Of a stretch of DNA of 64,000 bases, positions 36,401 through 49,254 are shown in pieces; within the stretch, counting starts at the first letter, position 1, and each line of letters begins with the position of its first letter. A model generated the notes under the pieces. That model was not told the origin of the DNA and ran no database searches. It was given only the letters and a program-made list of their open reading frames with translations. The stretch lies in the NCBI RefSeq assembly GCF_006345805.1, contig NC_043015.1:19468001-19532000 (forward strand), written 5' to 3'. A program made the position numbers and the translations under genes. The DNA comes from Octopus sinensis. Taxonomy: Eukaryota.

Positions 36401-37613
36401 ACGGATTATGGCTGCTGTTGCTTAGTGAGTGGGATTGACTCAATGCACAGCCTTTCCTCACTTTAAAACAAATCTTCTTGCACAGGCATTGCACGATAAC
36501 AACGTTGATTAGCTTCGTGCAATGGCCATACTCGATAACGAGGAGGCAGTCACCTTGTATGTGTGCATATATGTATGACACTAATTTGAATCTCACTATA
36601 TGACCAACCAGAGAACGTCTATTTTCTTTCTTGTCCCAACTCGCCTTTACGTTCATTACCAGGACCCGTAACACAGGACCCTTAACACGGGACCCTTAAC
36701 ATCGCCTTCGCTTAGCAATGAAGGAACTTCTAATTGTTCTCTTGAATGAATAGAAATAACAACCAGATCTCCCTCACAACACACACTACCATCTTTTTCA
36801 AATAAGAGAAGCATGTTTGATATTCTGTGTCCAAACAAATATAAAACGGAATGGTCATGCCTGGAACACCTTTGTTCACAGCATACGTCACATAGGAAAG
36901 ACAGACCGACAGACCATACAATTTTCCCCTTGGTTTATGGACCTGACTCACAACATATTTCATTCAATCTGATGGCTCTGTTGATAACAGGGACATACAC
37001 CCCACGCTCCCAGACAAGACACAAAATTTACTCCCTAGCTTATGGGCCTTACTCACCATATATCAGTCAGCCATACTATAATTGCATTTTGTTTTAATAT
37101 TGAGTCACACTTCCCAACTTATAAATTCCAGTGTCTTTAAGAATACTCGGCACACACACAGTTTTCCACCTGACATTTAAAAGATGCCGCTCAAATCTAC
37201 GCTCCATCTTCTGCACTTGTCGGATCATTTCTGCTTGAAATTTTTGGTAGCATTTGTGATGTTTAGTTTACTATTGAATGCAATATTCAAATTATAAATA
37301 TAACTCGATTGAAGTTATCGTCAATCGCCAGACACACAGACAGAAAGCTCTGAGGAGCGACTCATTAGAAGTAAACGCTAAATAAATGTTATTGGAATCT
37401 ACTTAAACTTATTAACTCCTTCTTTTTTACCTTCATTGCGAATACATTTGTGTCACAATTTATATATTAATCCTTTTGTAGGTGTGCGTATAGGTATGTC
37501 TGTGTGTATGTGTGCACGTATGTCTGTGTGTATGTGTGTAAATATCGAACGACACCACATTGGTGGATAAAGGTTCTTTATTTGTATGTATGAGTGTGTG
37601 TGTGAGTCTATAC

Positions 37614-37644
<31 letters not shown>

Positions 37645-37645
37645 C

Positions 37646-37685
<40 letters not shown>

Positions 37686-37686
<1 letters not shown>

Positions 37687-37805
37687 AAGGCAACGAGCTG
37701 ACAGAATCGTTGGTGCGCTGGACGAAATGCTGAGTTCAAATTCCGCCGAGGTCAATTTTAACCTTTCGTTTCTTTTGGGGGTCGATAAATTAAGTACCAG
37801 TGAGT
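37686..37805 (+). mobile_element. SINE family B
   Basis: Same head and core as the 34318 copy. Confidence 0.75.
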
Positions 37806-37901
37806 TTTTTGTGTTTGTTACGGTTTGGTATGAGTGCATGTGTCTATCCTAAAGTATATGTTATATCTATATATATATATATTATATATATATATAGATA
37901 T

Positions 37902-37945
<44 letters not shown>

Positions 37946-38113
37946 TATATATATATATATATGTATATATATATCGCTCTCGCTCTCTCTCGTCTATATA
38001 TATATATATATATATATTTATATACCACATCACCCCTAACGTTCTTGTCCCAGTTTGTATTTTTCTACATATAATATATATAGCGACGTCCGTACCCTCG
38101 TTGGCCTTATGTA

Positions 38114-38159
<46 letters not shown>

Positions 38160-38390
38160 CCGTGTGTGTGTGTTTGTCTCCCCACGGCCGCTTGACAACC
38201 GGTGTTGGTGTGTTTACGTGCCCGTAACTTGGCAATTCGACAAAAGAAACATAGAATACGTACAAGGCTTTTTGTTTTTTAAATAAGTACTACTGCTGCC
38301 AAGACATTCGGTTGAAAATTATTCAAGGCGGTGCCCCAAAATGGCCCAAGTCTCACGACTGAAACAAGTGACAGATAAAAGATAAAAGAT
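38160..38390 (+). mobile_element. SINE family A, 3' part
   Basis: gcttgacaaccggtgttggtgtgtttacgtgcccgtaact...ggcggtgccccaaaatggcc. Confidence 0.7.
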
Positions 38391-38437
38391 ATATACATAA
38401 ATATATATGTAATGTATGTAATATATATATATACCTA

Positions 38438-38520
<83 letters not shown>

Positions 38521-38539
38521 TACGTATATATATACATAT

Positions 38540-38999
38540 ATACATATACATATACATGTTCTTATATCTGTCTTCTCTCATAGCTCGTCCTACTAGCGTT
38601 CATAATAATTTGTCTATCGTTTTGACTTAACAACCCTCACCGTTTGTTTTTACTGTCTTGATCCTATTGTCTTGTTCTTGTTACCACTTTTACCCTCCGC
38701 AAAAAATCCCAAATTTTATTTAATTTGCTTTGCGGGAAGGACTGTTTCAAAGAAGTCGCGTATTATCCTTACCTTCGAAAACGCGGAGTAGATGAAACAG
38801 GGAAAGGTGAAGAAGGAGAATATTCTTTATGTTGCATGTCTCGTTTCTCTGTTTGTTTGTTTGTTTGTTTTTTCGTTGTTCGGAAAAAAGTTTATTTTCT
38901 GTTTTTGTTTTTATGTTTTCGTTTCTCATTGTGTTCAGCGTTTTTTTTTTAATGTCTTGTACCAATATATGCATGTATATATACATATATATGTAGATA

Positions 39000-39000
<1 letters not shown>
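38540..39000 (+). mobile_element. Partial copy of the direct-repeat-bounded family seen at 42.5 and 56.2 kb (Penelope-like, non-coding)
   Basis: ttttaccctccgcaaaa..ttgctttgcgggaagga..ccttcgaaaacgcg..gaagaagg is shared with the reverse complements of those copies. Confidence 0.55.
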
Positions 39001-39060
<60 letters not shown>

Positions 39061-39064
<4 letters not shown>

Positions 39065-40170
39065 ACAATCAAGGAACGGCCATAATAGGCCATTCACCCA
39101 CTAGAAATAACAGCTAAAGCTTCAACCGCAAATAAAAATCAATTCCGTAAACAGGAGAAAATTTAAAAAAACATTTACCCTGTAATTTCTTATACGATGC
39201 ACCGTTTCATCTGCTGTTTAATGGTAAACTAACCTGATTTAATTAAATCAAGCCAATCTTCCATAGGCCCTCAGATTCTTCAGTAAGAAATAGCCAAGTC
39301 GGAACAGATATTTTCACGAGGCATTTCCGACCCTGCCAAGGCAATATCTGACCTAAAATTTTCAAATCATCGCACTCGCGCCATTTATCGGCAGCAAATA
39401 AATATAAGCCGTTTTTCTAGTACGTGAATGCCTATTATGAAAATTCATATTATCAACTCGATATCTATCATCACTCAGAACTCCTTGGTTTGGATTTGGC
39501 ACCACTGAAAGTGGGAAAAAACCCTTTCGGCTTCTTATCGCATTTTTAAGTTTGGCATCATTTCAAGTGGGTGAATGACCTATTAGGCCCGTTCCTTGAT
39601 TGTTGAAATTGAACTTCAAAATGGTCTATGACTATTTATTTTTCCCACTAGGCCGCTTGTTTTCAAAAAATTCAAACAAGGAGTTTTGAGCCTGATTGAA
39701 TAAATTATGAATTTTCTGGTTAACGGCCATAATGGCCATCACGGCTTATATTTATTTGCTGTTTGCTGCCGATAAATTTGGCGCGAGTGCGATGATTTGA
39801 AATTTAGGTCAGATATTGCTTTGGCAGGGTCGGAAATCCTCGTGAAAATATTGTTCCGACTTGGCTATTTCTTACTGAGAATCTGAGGGCCTATGGAAGA
39901 TTGGCTTGATTTAATTTAATCAGGTTAGTTTACCATTAAACAGCAGATTGAAACGGTGCATCGTATAAGAAATTACAGGGTAAATGTTTTTTAAATTTCT
40001 CTCCTGTTTACGGAATTGATTTTTATTTGCGGTTGAAGCTTTGGCTGTTATTTCTAGTGGGTGAATGCCTATTATGGCCGTTCCTTGATTGTTGATGTTG
40101 AACTTAAAATGGTCTATGACTATTTAATTTTTTTCCCACTAGGCCGCTGGTGGCAAAAAAATTCTACAAA
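39061..40170. repeat. Long inverted repeat (arms about 39061-39412 and 39741-40097) with additional scrambled copies
   Basis: The arms are reverse complements apart from scattered 1-bp indels. 39560-39670 also directly repeats 40055-40170. Confidence 0.85.
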
Positions 40171-40218
40171 ATTTTTTTTTGCCACCCTATATTGATTAAT
40201 AAATATATATATATATAT

Positions 40219-40468
40219 TTCAACAATTGAGGGTAAAAATTAATTAATTATTAATCAATTTCACCAAGTATTCAGTATGCAAAGGGACCATAAAAAAGTT
40301 TTTTTAGCTACTATTTCTAATGAGTTCAGTATGCGGCAAAGTAATTTATTTTACTAAGCCCTTTTATATAATGTAATAATTTCAATTCGCCTTAAATGGT
40401 CCCTTTGCATACTGAATACTTGGTGAAATTGATTAATAATTAATTAATTTTACCCTCAATTGTTGAAT
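40219..40468. repeat. Inverted repeat with about 73-bp arms; the spacer is duplicated at 40851-40931
   Basis: ttcaacaattgagggtaaaa...aagggaccat versus atggtccctt...taccctcaattgttgaa. Confidence 0.85.
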
Positions 40469-41056
40469 TATAATTCATCTCTCTCTATTTATGCCTCGGA
40501 TTTTACCGAAAAAAGCATAGTGTTTACTGATTTATAACCCCCGCTGGTGGAAAGGGGAGAGCAGAAATTCTTCGCTTGCATATTTGAGTTTGTGCTGGCA
40601 CTGTTAGTTTCGAGCAGATCTTCAGAAGCGATAAAAGCCGAAAGGGTATGCTCCCACTTTCAGTGTTTTCAAATCCAAACCAAGGAGTTCTGAGCTGATG
40701 ATAGAAATGTCGAGTTGACTAATCTTGAAAAGTACGTTCTCAAATAACCTTTGCATTTGATTTTTTAATGTCTTTACCCCCATACTTTCGTGAGTTGAAT
40801 TGAGCAAACACTATATGAGAGAGGTTTTCTTTAAGTATAGAAATAGTTTTAAAAAAGTTTTTTTAGCTACTATTTCTAATGAGTTCAGTATGCGGCAAAG
40901 TAATTTATTTTACTAAGCCCTTTTATATAATATATATATATATATATATATGTACATTTATATATACATATATATACATATGTATATGTATAAGTATATA
41001 TATTATACAATATATATATATTATATATATATATACATATATATTATATATATATA

Positions 41057-41104
<48 letters not shown>

Positions 41105-41186
41105 GTATATATGTATATATGTAAATATATATATGTATATATGCATATATATAATATATAAGTATATATGCATGTGGTGTATATAG

Positions 41187-41223
<37 letters not shown>

Positions 41224-41307
41224 CTATATATGTGTGTGGGTGTGTGTGTGTGTATGTATATATGTATATAGATAGTGTAATACACATAATTTTATATATA
41301 TATAGAT

Positions 41308-41363
<56 letters not shown>

Positions 41364-41499
41364 GTATACATATATAGGGAGGGAAAGATAGTAAGAGTGA
41401 GAGAGAAAGAAGAGAGAGACAGAAGAGAGTAAACGGCACGGACGTATATATTTTATTTATGATTTATATCACTAGAACGATGTACTTATATATGTGTGT

Positions 41500-41770
41500 A
41501 TATATGTGTGTATACATATACATATGTACGTGTGGGGGGTGTGATCGCGTCTTCGATTCCCTGAATGGGCGGCGCATTGTACTCTTGAGCAAAACCCTTC
41601 ATTTGATGTTGCTCCAGTCCCGCTTAGGATCAAGGGTAGAATGCTGGAATGCTGTTCACCTAGCCAGTGGGGTGGTGTCATTCGAAGACTAAAACAATGC
41701 AAAAAAATCGCATTGTGACAAGGGATATGTAACAAAATTTGATAGCCTGTACAGTCGCATGATCACTCGA
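41500..41770 (+). mobile_element. tRNA-derived SINE family C (partial)
   Basis: ttcgattccc..ttgtactcttgagcaaaaccctt is shared with the 59827 copy. Confidence 0.55.
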
Positions 41771-41819
41771 TACACATATGTATATATTATATATATATAT
41801 ATACATATGTACACACACG

Positions 41820-41854
<35 letters not shown>

Positions 41855-41855
41855 G

Positions 41856-41895
<40 letters not shown>

Positions 41896-42156
41896 TATAT
41901 TTGCCAACTAAATGTGGCGGTCCTAGGAGGACGATGCTACTGTGTTTTTAGCCCCAGAAGGACACCTCCTCAAACTGGCTAACAACACACTGTCTGTGTC
42001 TGATTAGCATTTGTGAAGGGAAATCATCGTTCTATCTGTAGCCTACGTGATACACACGGACGCGGTTTCTGAGGAGTAACCCGTCATCAGCTGTGATAAT
42101 CATAAGCTAAGGATGAGAACTCATTCCAAATTTAAAATATATATATATATATATGT

Positions 42157-42188
<32 letters not shown>

Positions 42189-42260
42189 CATATATATATA
42201 TATATATATAGATATATATATATATATATATATATAGTATATATATATAATATATATATA

Positions 42261-42497
42261 CCGGAGTAAACACCATAAATGTGAAACAAGGTGGAAAAAA
42301 GAGTACTCAAATACCAGTGGTAGAGTAATATGCTTTATTTAAAGCAGCAGAAAATTCAACAAAACCTGTTACTCTGAGTTTCCTGTTGCCGTTCATCGGA
42401 CAGTTTTTGCTAGATTCTAGCAAAAACTGTCCGATGAACGGCATTGGGAAACTCAGAGTAACAGGTTTTGTTGAATTTTCTGCTGCTTTAAATAAAG
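42261..42497. mobile_element. Penelope-like terminal-repeat remnant forming an 82-bp-arm palindrome with hammerhead ribozyme motifs
   Basis: Arms 42333-42414 and 42416-42497. The + strand reads ctgt-ccgatga-acggcattgg-gaaa-ctc-a-gag-ta-acag (42427-42464). Confidence 0.7.
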
Positions 42498-42519
42498 TAT
42501 ATATATATATATATATAGT

Positions 42520-43343
42520 GTAATAAATAAAATATATGCATACATACAAACATATATGCACGTACCTACACCTACATGTATATATACATGCATATATAAA
42601 TATATATACGTGTGTACAGGACAGCACAAATAGACGTAGAACTCAACGAGAAACGAAAACGTGAAAACAGCATGGAACGGACCATTTTTTTAACAACGAA
42701 AAAACAGAGTACAAGACAACTACACAAGGAAAAATCCCTTTCATCAGCTGTCCCTAGTTAAACTCCAGCGTGTTTCGAAGGTGAGGACAGAACACGTCTC
42801 GTCGAACTAATCCTTCCTGCGAAAGAATTAATAAAATTCCTTTGCGGAGGGGTAAAAACAAGGAAAAAAATGTGACAAAAACAGGACGTAAAAACAATAC
42901 AATCAAAAACAAATACAAAATAAAAATACAATTACAAAAAATACAGTACAAGAAGGAATAGAAACAGGACAGGAAAACAAATAAAGAGGGCCTATAAGCC
43001 TAGACGAGGAAAAAATTTTTTCACGTGCGCAGGAAGAAACATGTTTACTTGAATAAGGCCGCCAGCGAAAGGAAGTTCGTAGACCCGGCTGTGAGAGAGA
43101 GATGAAGAGGAGTGAGAGAGAGAGAGAGAGCGAGATAGAGAGAGGAAGGAAGCAAAAGAGGGTGAAGGAAAAAGAGAAGTAGGAGTTATAGAATTTCGCA
43201 TCATAATTATATATAAAAACCAGCTTAGAGAAGAAGAAACGAAACCAAAACAAACGAATTGAATCGAATCGACGCGAAGGCGCTCAGTCATACAATAGTA
43301 ATAAATAAAATATATGCATACATACAAACATATATGTACGTAC

Positions 43344-43345
<2 letters not shown>
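42520..43345 (-). mobile_element. About 0.83-kb non-coding element bounded by direct repeats
   Basis: gtaataaataaaatatatgcatacatacaaacatatatg(c/t)acgtaccta occurs at both ends; paralogous to 56246-57195. Confidence 0.6.
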
Positions 43346-43410
<65 letters not shown>

Positions 43411-43859
43411 AGTAATATTATTTGATTCTCTGACTAAAGAATTTGTAATAGGAGATGCCTTACATGTTTCTCATATGGACAGTTTTCTAACTCCTATTTC
43501 CAAATGAAACACATGGAATGGTAAATAAATAATAAAATCTTCTTTCTTCTTTTTTTTTTTTTTTTTTTTTGCAGTCTCCTGTTTTGATATGTAATCACTC
43601 GGCAAAATTATTTTCCAGTATTTTTCAACTCTTGTGCATACCTAGCACAAATATAATATCTACTTACGACTTTGGAGTACTAGAATAAACAGATATGCTT
43701 CAAGAGGACACATAATAAGCGGCTTCAACTGATACGTATTAACGTTACGTAAAATCTTGACAAATCACGCAAAATAAGATGTGCGGAAACTAAGGGAGAC
43801 AACATCTTACAATAACTAATGTCACAGTTGTTTCCCTTGACATATTTTATTTTGGCTCT

Positions 43860-44060
43860 AATGCAAGTAACCACTTTTGTCATTTGACTGCGACCATGCC
43901 TGAGGCACCGCTTTGAGGTGTTTCAGTCGAACAAATCGATCCCATGACAAACATTTTGTTTTTGAGTCCCGGTGCTTAATTCTATCGCACCCTTTTTACC
44001 GAACTGCCAAGTTAAGGCGACGTAAACACACCGACACCGGTTGCAAGCGGCGGTGAGAGA
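43860..44060 (-). mobile_element. SINE family A, 3' part
   Basis: Reverse complement of the family A 3' half. Confidence 0.7.
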
Positions 44061-44141
44061 TAAACACAGACGTAAAGAGAGATACACATACATTAATACA
44101 CACATAAAAAAACAAACACACACACACACACGCACATGCAT

Positions 44142-44437
44142 AAATGAACACACGCACTGTATATTCGTTCTTCACTCGTTTTTTACTGTTCTTATTCTAA
44201 CTTATGTTCATTGCCCGGAAATCATTCGTTACATATATGTCATATCTTCAGCGACACTTTCCGTCCTCGTGTGTGCTCCTGCTCCACTTAATCCATTCCC
44301 CGCTTAATACACTCAGGATTGAGCGGAGTAGGAAGACGCACGAGATGTTTAACGAATGATTTTCAGACAATGAACATGTTAGAATAAGAACAGTAATAAA
44401 CGAGTGACGAACGAATATACAGTGCGTGTGTTTATTT
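44142..44437. repeat. Inverted repeat with about 90-bp arms and a 118-bp spacer (MITE or fold-back)
   Basis: aaatgaacacacgcactgtatattcgttc...atcattcgtta versus taacgaatgat...gaacgaatatacagtgcgtgtgtttattt. Confidence 0.75.
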
Positions 44438-44559
44438 GGAAAAAATAAATGACCGTCCCGAAATACAATACCTGTTTCAACACACAGTTTCACAAATTAA
44501 TAGAGGTGTGTTTATATATATATACTTTTTCTTCTAATTTTTTTTTTTTCTTTCAGTCA

Positions 44560-44710
44560 TTTGACTGCGAACATGCTTTTAGTCGAACAAATCGACTCGA
44601 GGACTTATTCTTTGTAAACTTAGTACTTATTCTATAGGTCACTTTTGCCGAACTGCTAAGTTACGGGGACGTAAACACACCAACATCGGTGTCAAGCGAT
44701 GGGTGGGGAC
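44560..44710 (-). mobile_element. SINE family A, 3' part
   Basis: ttttgccgaactgctaagttacggggacgtaaacacacc. Confidence 0.75.
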
Positions 44711-44740
44711 ACAAAATACATAACATACATACATACATAC

Positions 44741-44826
<86 letters not shown>

Positions 44827-44864
44827 GAATAAAACTTATATAAAAGAGCGTGAAATATATATTA

Positions 44865-44899
<35 letters not shown>

Positions 44900-45104
44900 C
44901 CGGAGTAAACACATAAATGTGAAACAAGGTGGAAAAAGAGTACTCAAATACCAGTGGTAGAGTAATATGCTTTATTTTAAGCAGCAGAAAATTCAACAAA
45001 ATCTGTTACTCTGAGTTTCTCGTTGCCGTTCATCAGACTGATGAACGGCAACGAGAAACTCAGAGTAACAGATTTTGTTGAATTTTCTGCTGCTTAAAAT
45101 AAAG
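44900..45104. mobile_element. Second Penelope-like terminal-repeat remnant: perfect 67-bp-arm palindrome with a canonical CTGATGA/GAAA hammerhead core
   Basis: Arms 44970-45036 and 45038-45104 with a 1-nt loop. CTGATGA at 45038-45044 and GAAA at 45055-45058. Confidence 0.7.
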
Positions 45105-45374
45105 TATATATATATATATATATACATACATAATATATGTGTATGTATATATATATATAGCAATTAAGGACAACTTCTTAATAAGGAATCTTAATAAGAA
45201 ATTATCGGGTAGATAGCGTGAAAAACCTCATAAGAGAAAATTTCGAAAATAATTTTTTCTTATTCGAACATATTAATTTATAATTTTTTAAATTTAATTT
45301 ATTAATTTAATTTAATCTATATATAAATAATATATATATATGATTATATATATATATAATATATATATATATAT

Positions 45375-45411
<37 letters not shown>

Positions 45412-45674
45412 TAGATATGATATGATAAATGATAAAATAGAAAGTAAGAATTAAAATTAAAATAAAAACAAAATATAAATTAGAAATAAGAGGAAAATCC
45501 ATAAGATAGCTTATAATTAAAGATTAAATGTGGATACAATCAAGATAATGACAATTGGGGAAGGTTTATTCCTTTGGGTATATCATAATATATTATGATA
45601 TGTAAAAATAAAAATAAAGTATTATAGAGGTGAAAAAGAGATGAGCTTCTTTCAATTGTTGTTGATTGTAAGGC

Positions 45675-45870
45675 TGCGAGCTGGCAGAAATGCTAGCACG
45701 CCGGGTGAAATGCTTAGCGGTATTTCGTCTGTCTTTACGTTCTGAGTTCAAATTCCTCCGAAGTCGACTTTGCCTTTCGGGGTCGGTAAATAAAGTTCCA
45801 GTTGCGTACTATGGTCGATCTAATCGACTTAATCTCCTCCCAAAAATGTCGGGCCTTGTGCCTAGAATAG
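45675..45870 (+). mobile_element. SINE family B
   Basis: aggctgcgagctggcagaa...gagttcaaattcc..gtcgactttgcc. Confidence 0.75.
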
Positions 45871-46875
45871 AATTAGATGAGCTTCTTTCAGTTTCCGTCT
45901 ACCAAATACACTCGAAAGACTTTGATTGGCCCGGGTTACAGAAGATGACATTTAGCCAAATTTCAGACGAAGAAGACGATTTTCCTTAAATTACAAATTT
46001 ATTTTGTAAGCAAAGCAGTGAAAATACGCAAGAGTTTTCTGAAATTAAAATGCACTTTTTGCTATCAATTCTTAAATTCCATAGATGAAGTAGTGTTCCA
46101 TTGTTGGAAGCTATTCTGATAAACAAGAAGTGAAAAGGATGAAATAAGCATTAGAGGCGTTTTGCAGGAACAGTAGGTTTTGCAAGCTCTTCTAAAGTTC
46201 ATTGTAATGCTGGAAATACTTCTGTATAGTCAGCAGGTATCTCAGGGTCACAAGCGTTTCGCCACTTGGCCTACAGTCTTCGCCCGAGTTGGGCAGCAAC
46301 GATTGATCTAGTCTTTACTTACGGAAAGGTTCCGCTTGCGGTCTCTTATTTTAAAGTTACGGAAATTCGGGGGTGAAGTATATCGAAACATCTCAATTTG
46401 AGGAGGAGGGGGCTTTAATTTGTCCCTAAATTTAATCAGCATAATTTTTTGTCTTTCTGTAAAAATATATTGCTAAATAAAAATTCATTTTTATTTTTTT
46501 TTAAATACCATAAAAAGCAGAGGAGGTGAAAATCGTACCCCAAAAAAGAAAAAAAGATTCTAGTAAGGGAAATAACTCTTAAATTTTTCTTTCTAATTAT
46601 TGCGCTTTAGTTAAATTATGACTTATTCCAGTCCCTTCTTCGGCATTCTATTGATAACAACGGTCTTAAGTAATTATGCAACATGCTTTTCCAAAGGAAG
46701 TTTAAGAATTCATGCCTTTCTTACCAGGCAGCTATTTTATGCGATGAGTTTTCATTACAGTAATCGAATCCATATTCTTTATCGTGATTTCTTGGTAACA
46801 TACCTTTCCTAATATTACGCTCCCCAAATAATTGTAAACACAGTACGATATAATGAAACTGTTCAGATATACTCT

Positions 46876-46877
<2 letters not shown>

Positions 46878-46929
<52 letters not shown>

Positions 46930-47021
46930 TGTGTGTGTGCGTGTGTGCGTGTGTGTGTGTGTGTGTGTGCGTGTGCGTGTGTGCGTGTGCGTGTGCGTGC
47001 GTGGGTGCATGCGTGCGTGCA

Positions 47022-47100
<79 letters not shown>
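46878..47100. repeat. (GT)n/(GCGT)n microsatellite
   Basis: Direct reading. Confidence 0.95.
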
Positions 47101-47104
<4 letters not shown>

Positions 47105-47310
47105 AAGTACTGAAAAGTTCTTGACTTTCAAGGTTTCGCGAAAGTCCTGGCTGGAGACCCAGCTTTACGAGTTCCTTTACCGGGCCTAGAAAATCTGGAG
47201 GACCCCTACAATAAGTGAATCTGAAAGGGGAATACGTTGAATAAAATCACAATTAACTGATCCTCCTCCTGTATTTTCATTTACCCAAAGCCAGGAACTT
47301 TTCTGACATG
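47099..47310. mobile_element. Mariner-type MITE
   Basis: Imperfect TIRs tgaaaagttcttgacttt / aaagccaggaacttttc(t). Confidence 0.6.
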
Positions 47311-47725
47311 ATAGGAGCAAACACAGACACAAAGTCACACACACATACATTTATTCGACGGGCTTCCACATAGTTTCCGTTTAGAAGACCCGCAAGACAT
47401 TAGTCGGCACGGGGCACTATTAAAAAACATTTACCCAACACGCCGCAGGATGGAATTGACCCCGAAACTCCATGGTTGCAAAGTGACCCTTTTCCCATCT
47501 TAACCACAAAGGTATGTCTGTGTCTAATATATATTTTTTCCAAGCATAAATCTCAAAAAGAGGTAAAAAAAATATTATAGTTACAGAAACTGGTTCTCAT
47601 AAATTAGGAACAGGGGCGGAGAGATCTGAGTTAATTGAAACCCCTTAATTTTGAGGGGTCTTTTATTTTTCTTCATACATTTTATCAACGTAATTGTCAT
47701 TTACATTCTGGAAAATGTATTTCTG

Positions 47726-47773
<48 letters not shown>

Positions 47774-47807
47774 CTACATATATACACACACACACACATA
47801 TTTATAT

Positions 47808-47838
<31 letters not shown>

Positions 47839-48114
47839 CGCACACACACACACACATATATATATATATGTATATATCAACATGTGTGCGTGTATGTTTG
47901 CATACATGTATGTATATTGTATATAGTGTTGATAGTGGTGAGGAAGAGGAGAAAGAGGAAGAAGAGAAGGAAGTGGAGGAGGAGGAAAAGAAGAAGGAAG
48001 AGGAGGGTGAGAATGAGGATAATGCTTGTATGTATGCTTGTGTGTGTGTATGTGTGTGTGTAAAAATGTGTTCATGTGTGTGCATGTGCTTATACAGACA
48101 CACAGACATACAGA

Positions 48115-48119
48115 TAGAA

Positions 48120-48192
<73 letters not shown>

Positions 48193-48345
48193 CAGACAAA
48201 CAGACAGGCAGGCACGCTGGAACGCAGGCAGGCACGCAGACAGACAGACAGACAGGCAGGCACGCACGCAGACAGACAGACAGGCAGGCAGACAGACAGA
48301 CAGAAAGACAGAAAGACAGACAGACAGACAGACAGGCAGACAGGC

Positions 48346-48388
<43 letters not shown>

Positions 48389-48393
48389 TAGAC

Positions 48394-48481
<88 letters not shown>

Positions 48482-48482
48482 T
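48115..48482. repeat. Compound (GATA)n-(GACA/GGCA)n-(GATA)n tetranucleotide array
   Basis: Direct reading. Confidence 0.95.
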
Positions 48483-49254
48483 TAGTTTTGATGTTTGAAA
48501 AGATAGATATACATGTGTAACAACAGAGTGAAGAATTTTCCAATAAAAATTCTTCAATCCTACATAATACTTTAAATTGCGACGTTAAAATCTGCCAAGT
48601 CTTATTCAAGATCCGAATAGCCAGACGAAACGGCGTCACATAAAACTTAAACCTCCGGTTAAACGAACATCTCTTCAAATAAAAACAATCGCGTAAAAAT
48701 TGCTGAAATATATAAAGAAAACCAACAACATGGAAATTAAAAGAAAAACAATTTAAGTTAATATACTGAAGGAAAATAAAATTGCAAAAAACAAAAAAAA
48801 GCGTCGTCTGCTTGCAATGAAAGACGAAGAGAACGATTACAGGATGTAATGGAAGGTGTTTAACCAAGCTGAAATATTAAAAATCCCACAAACTGATCCA
48901 TGAAAACCCACCAAATCTCCAAATTCCAAAAACATTTCAAGGAAAATTACTAATGAGATTAGTAGGTCTTATTGAGACACGCACGCACACGCACAGATGC
49001 ACATATATTGACCCCATTCGGTCAGACACTGACCATGAGTTTGCACCTAGAGAGTTACCCTCTGAGGCACAAGTCTGGGCAAGGTTGTTTTATGGAAGAC
49101 CAGCAGTCGCCCAAAGACCACAGATGCACAAACATACACATATACATACAAACATATGTACATAGATATATACATACATATATATACAGACATAGATACA
49201 TACATACGTACGTACATACATACATACGTAAGTATATACACATATACACGTACA

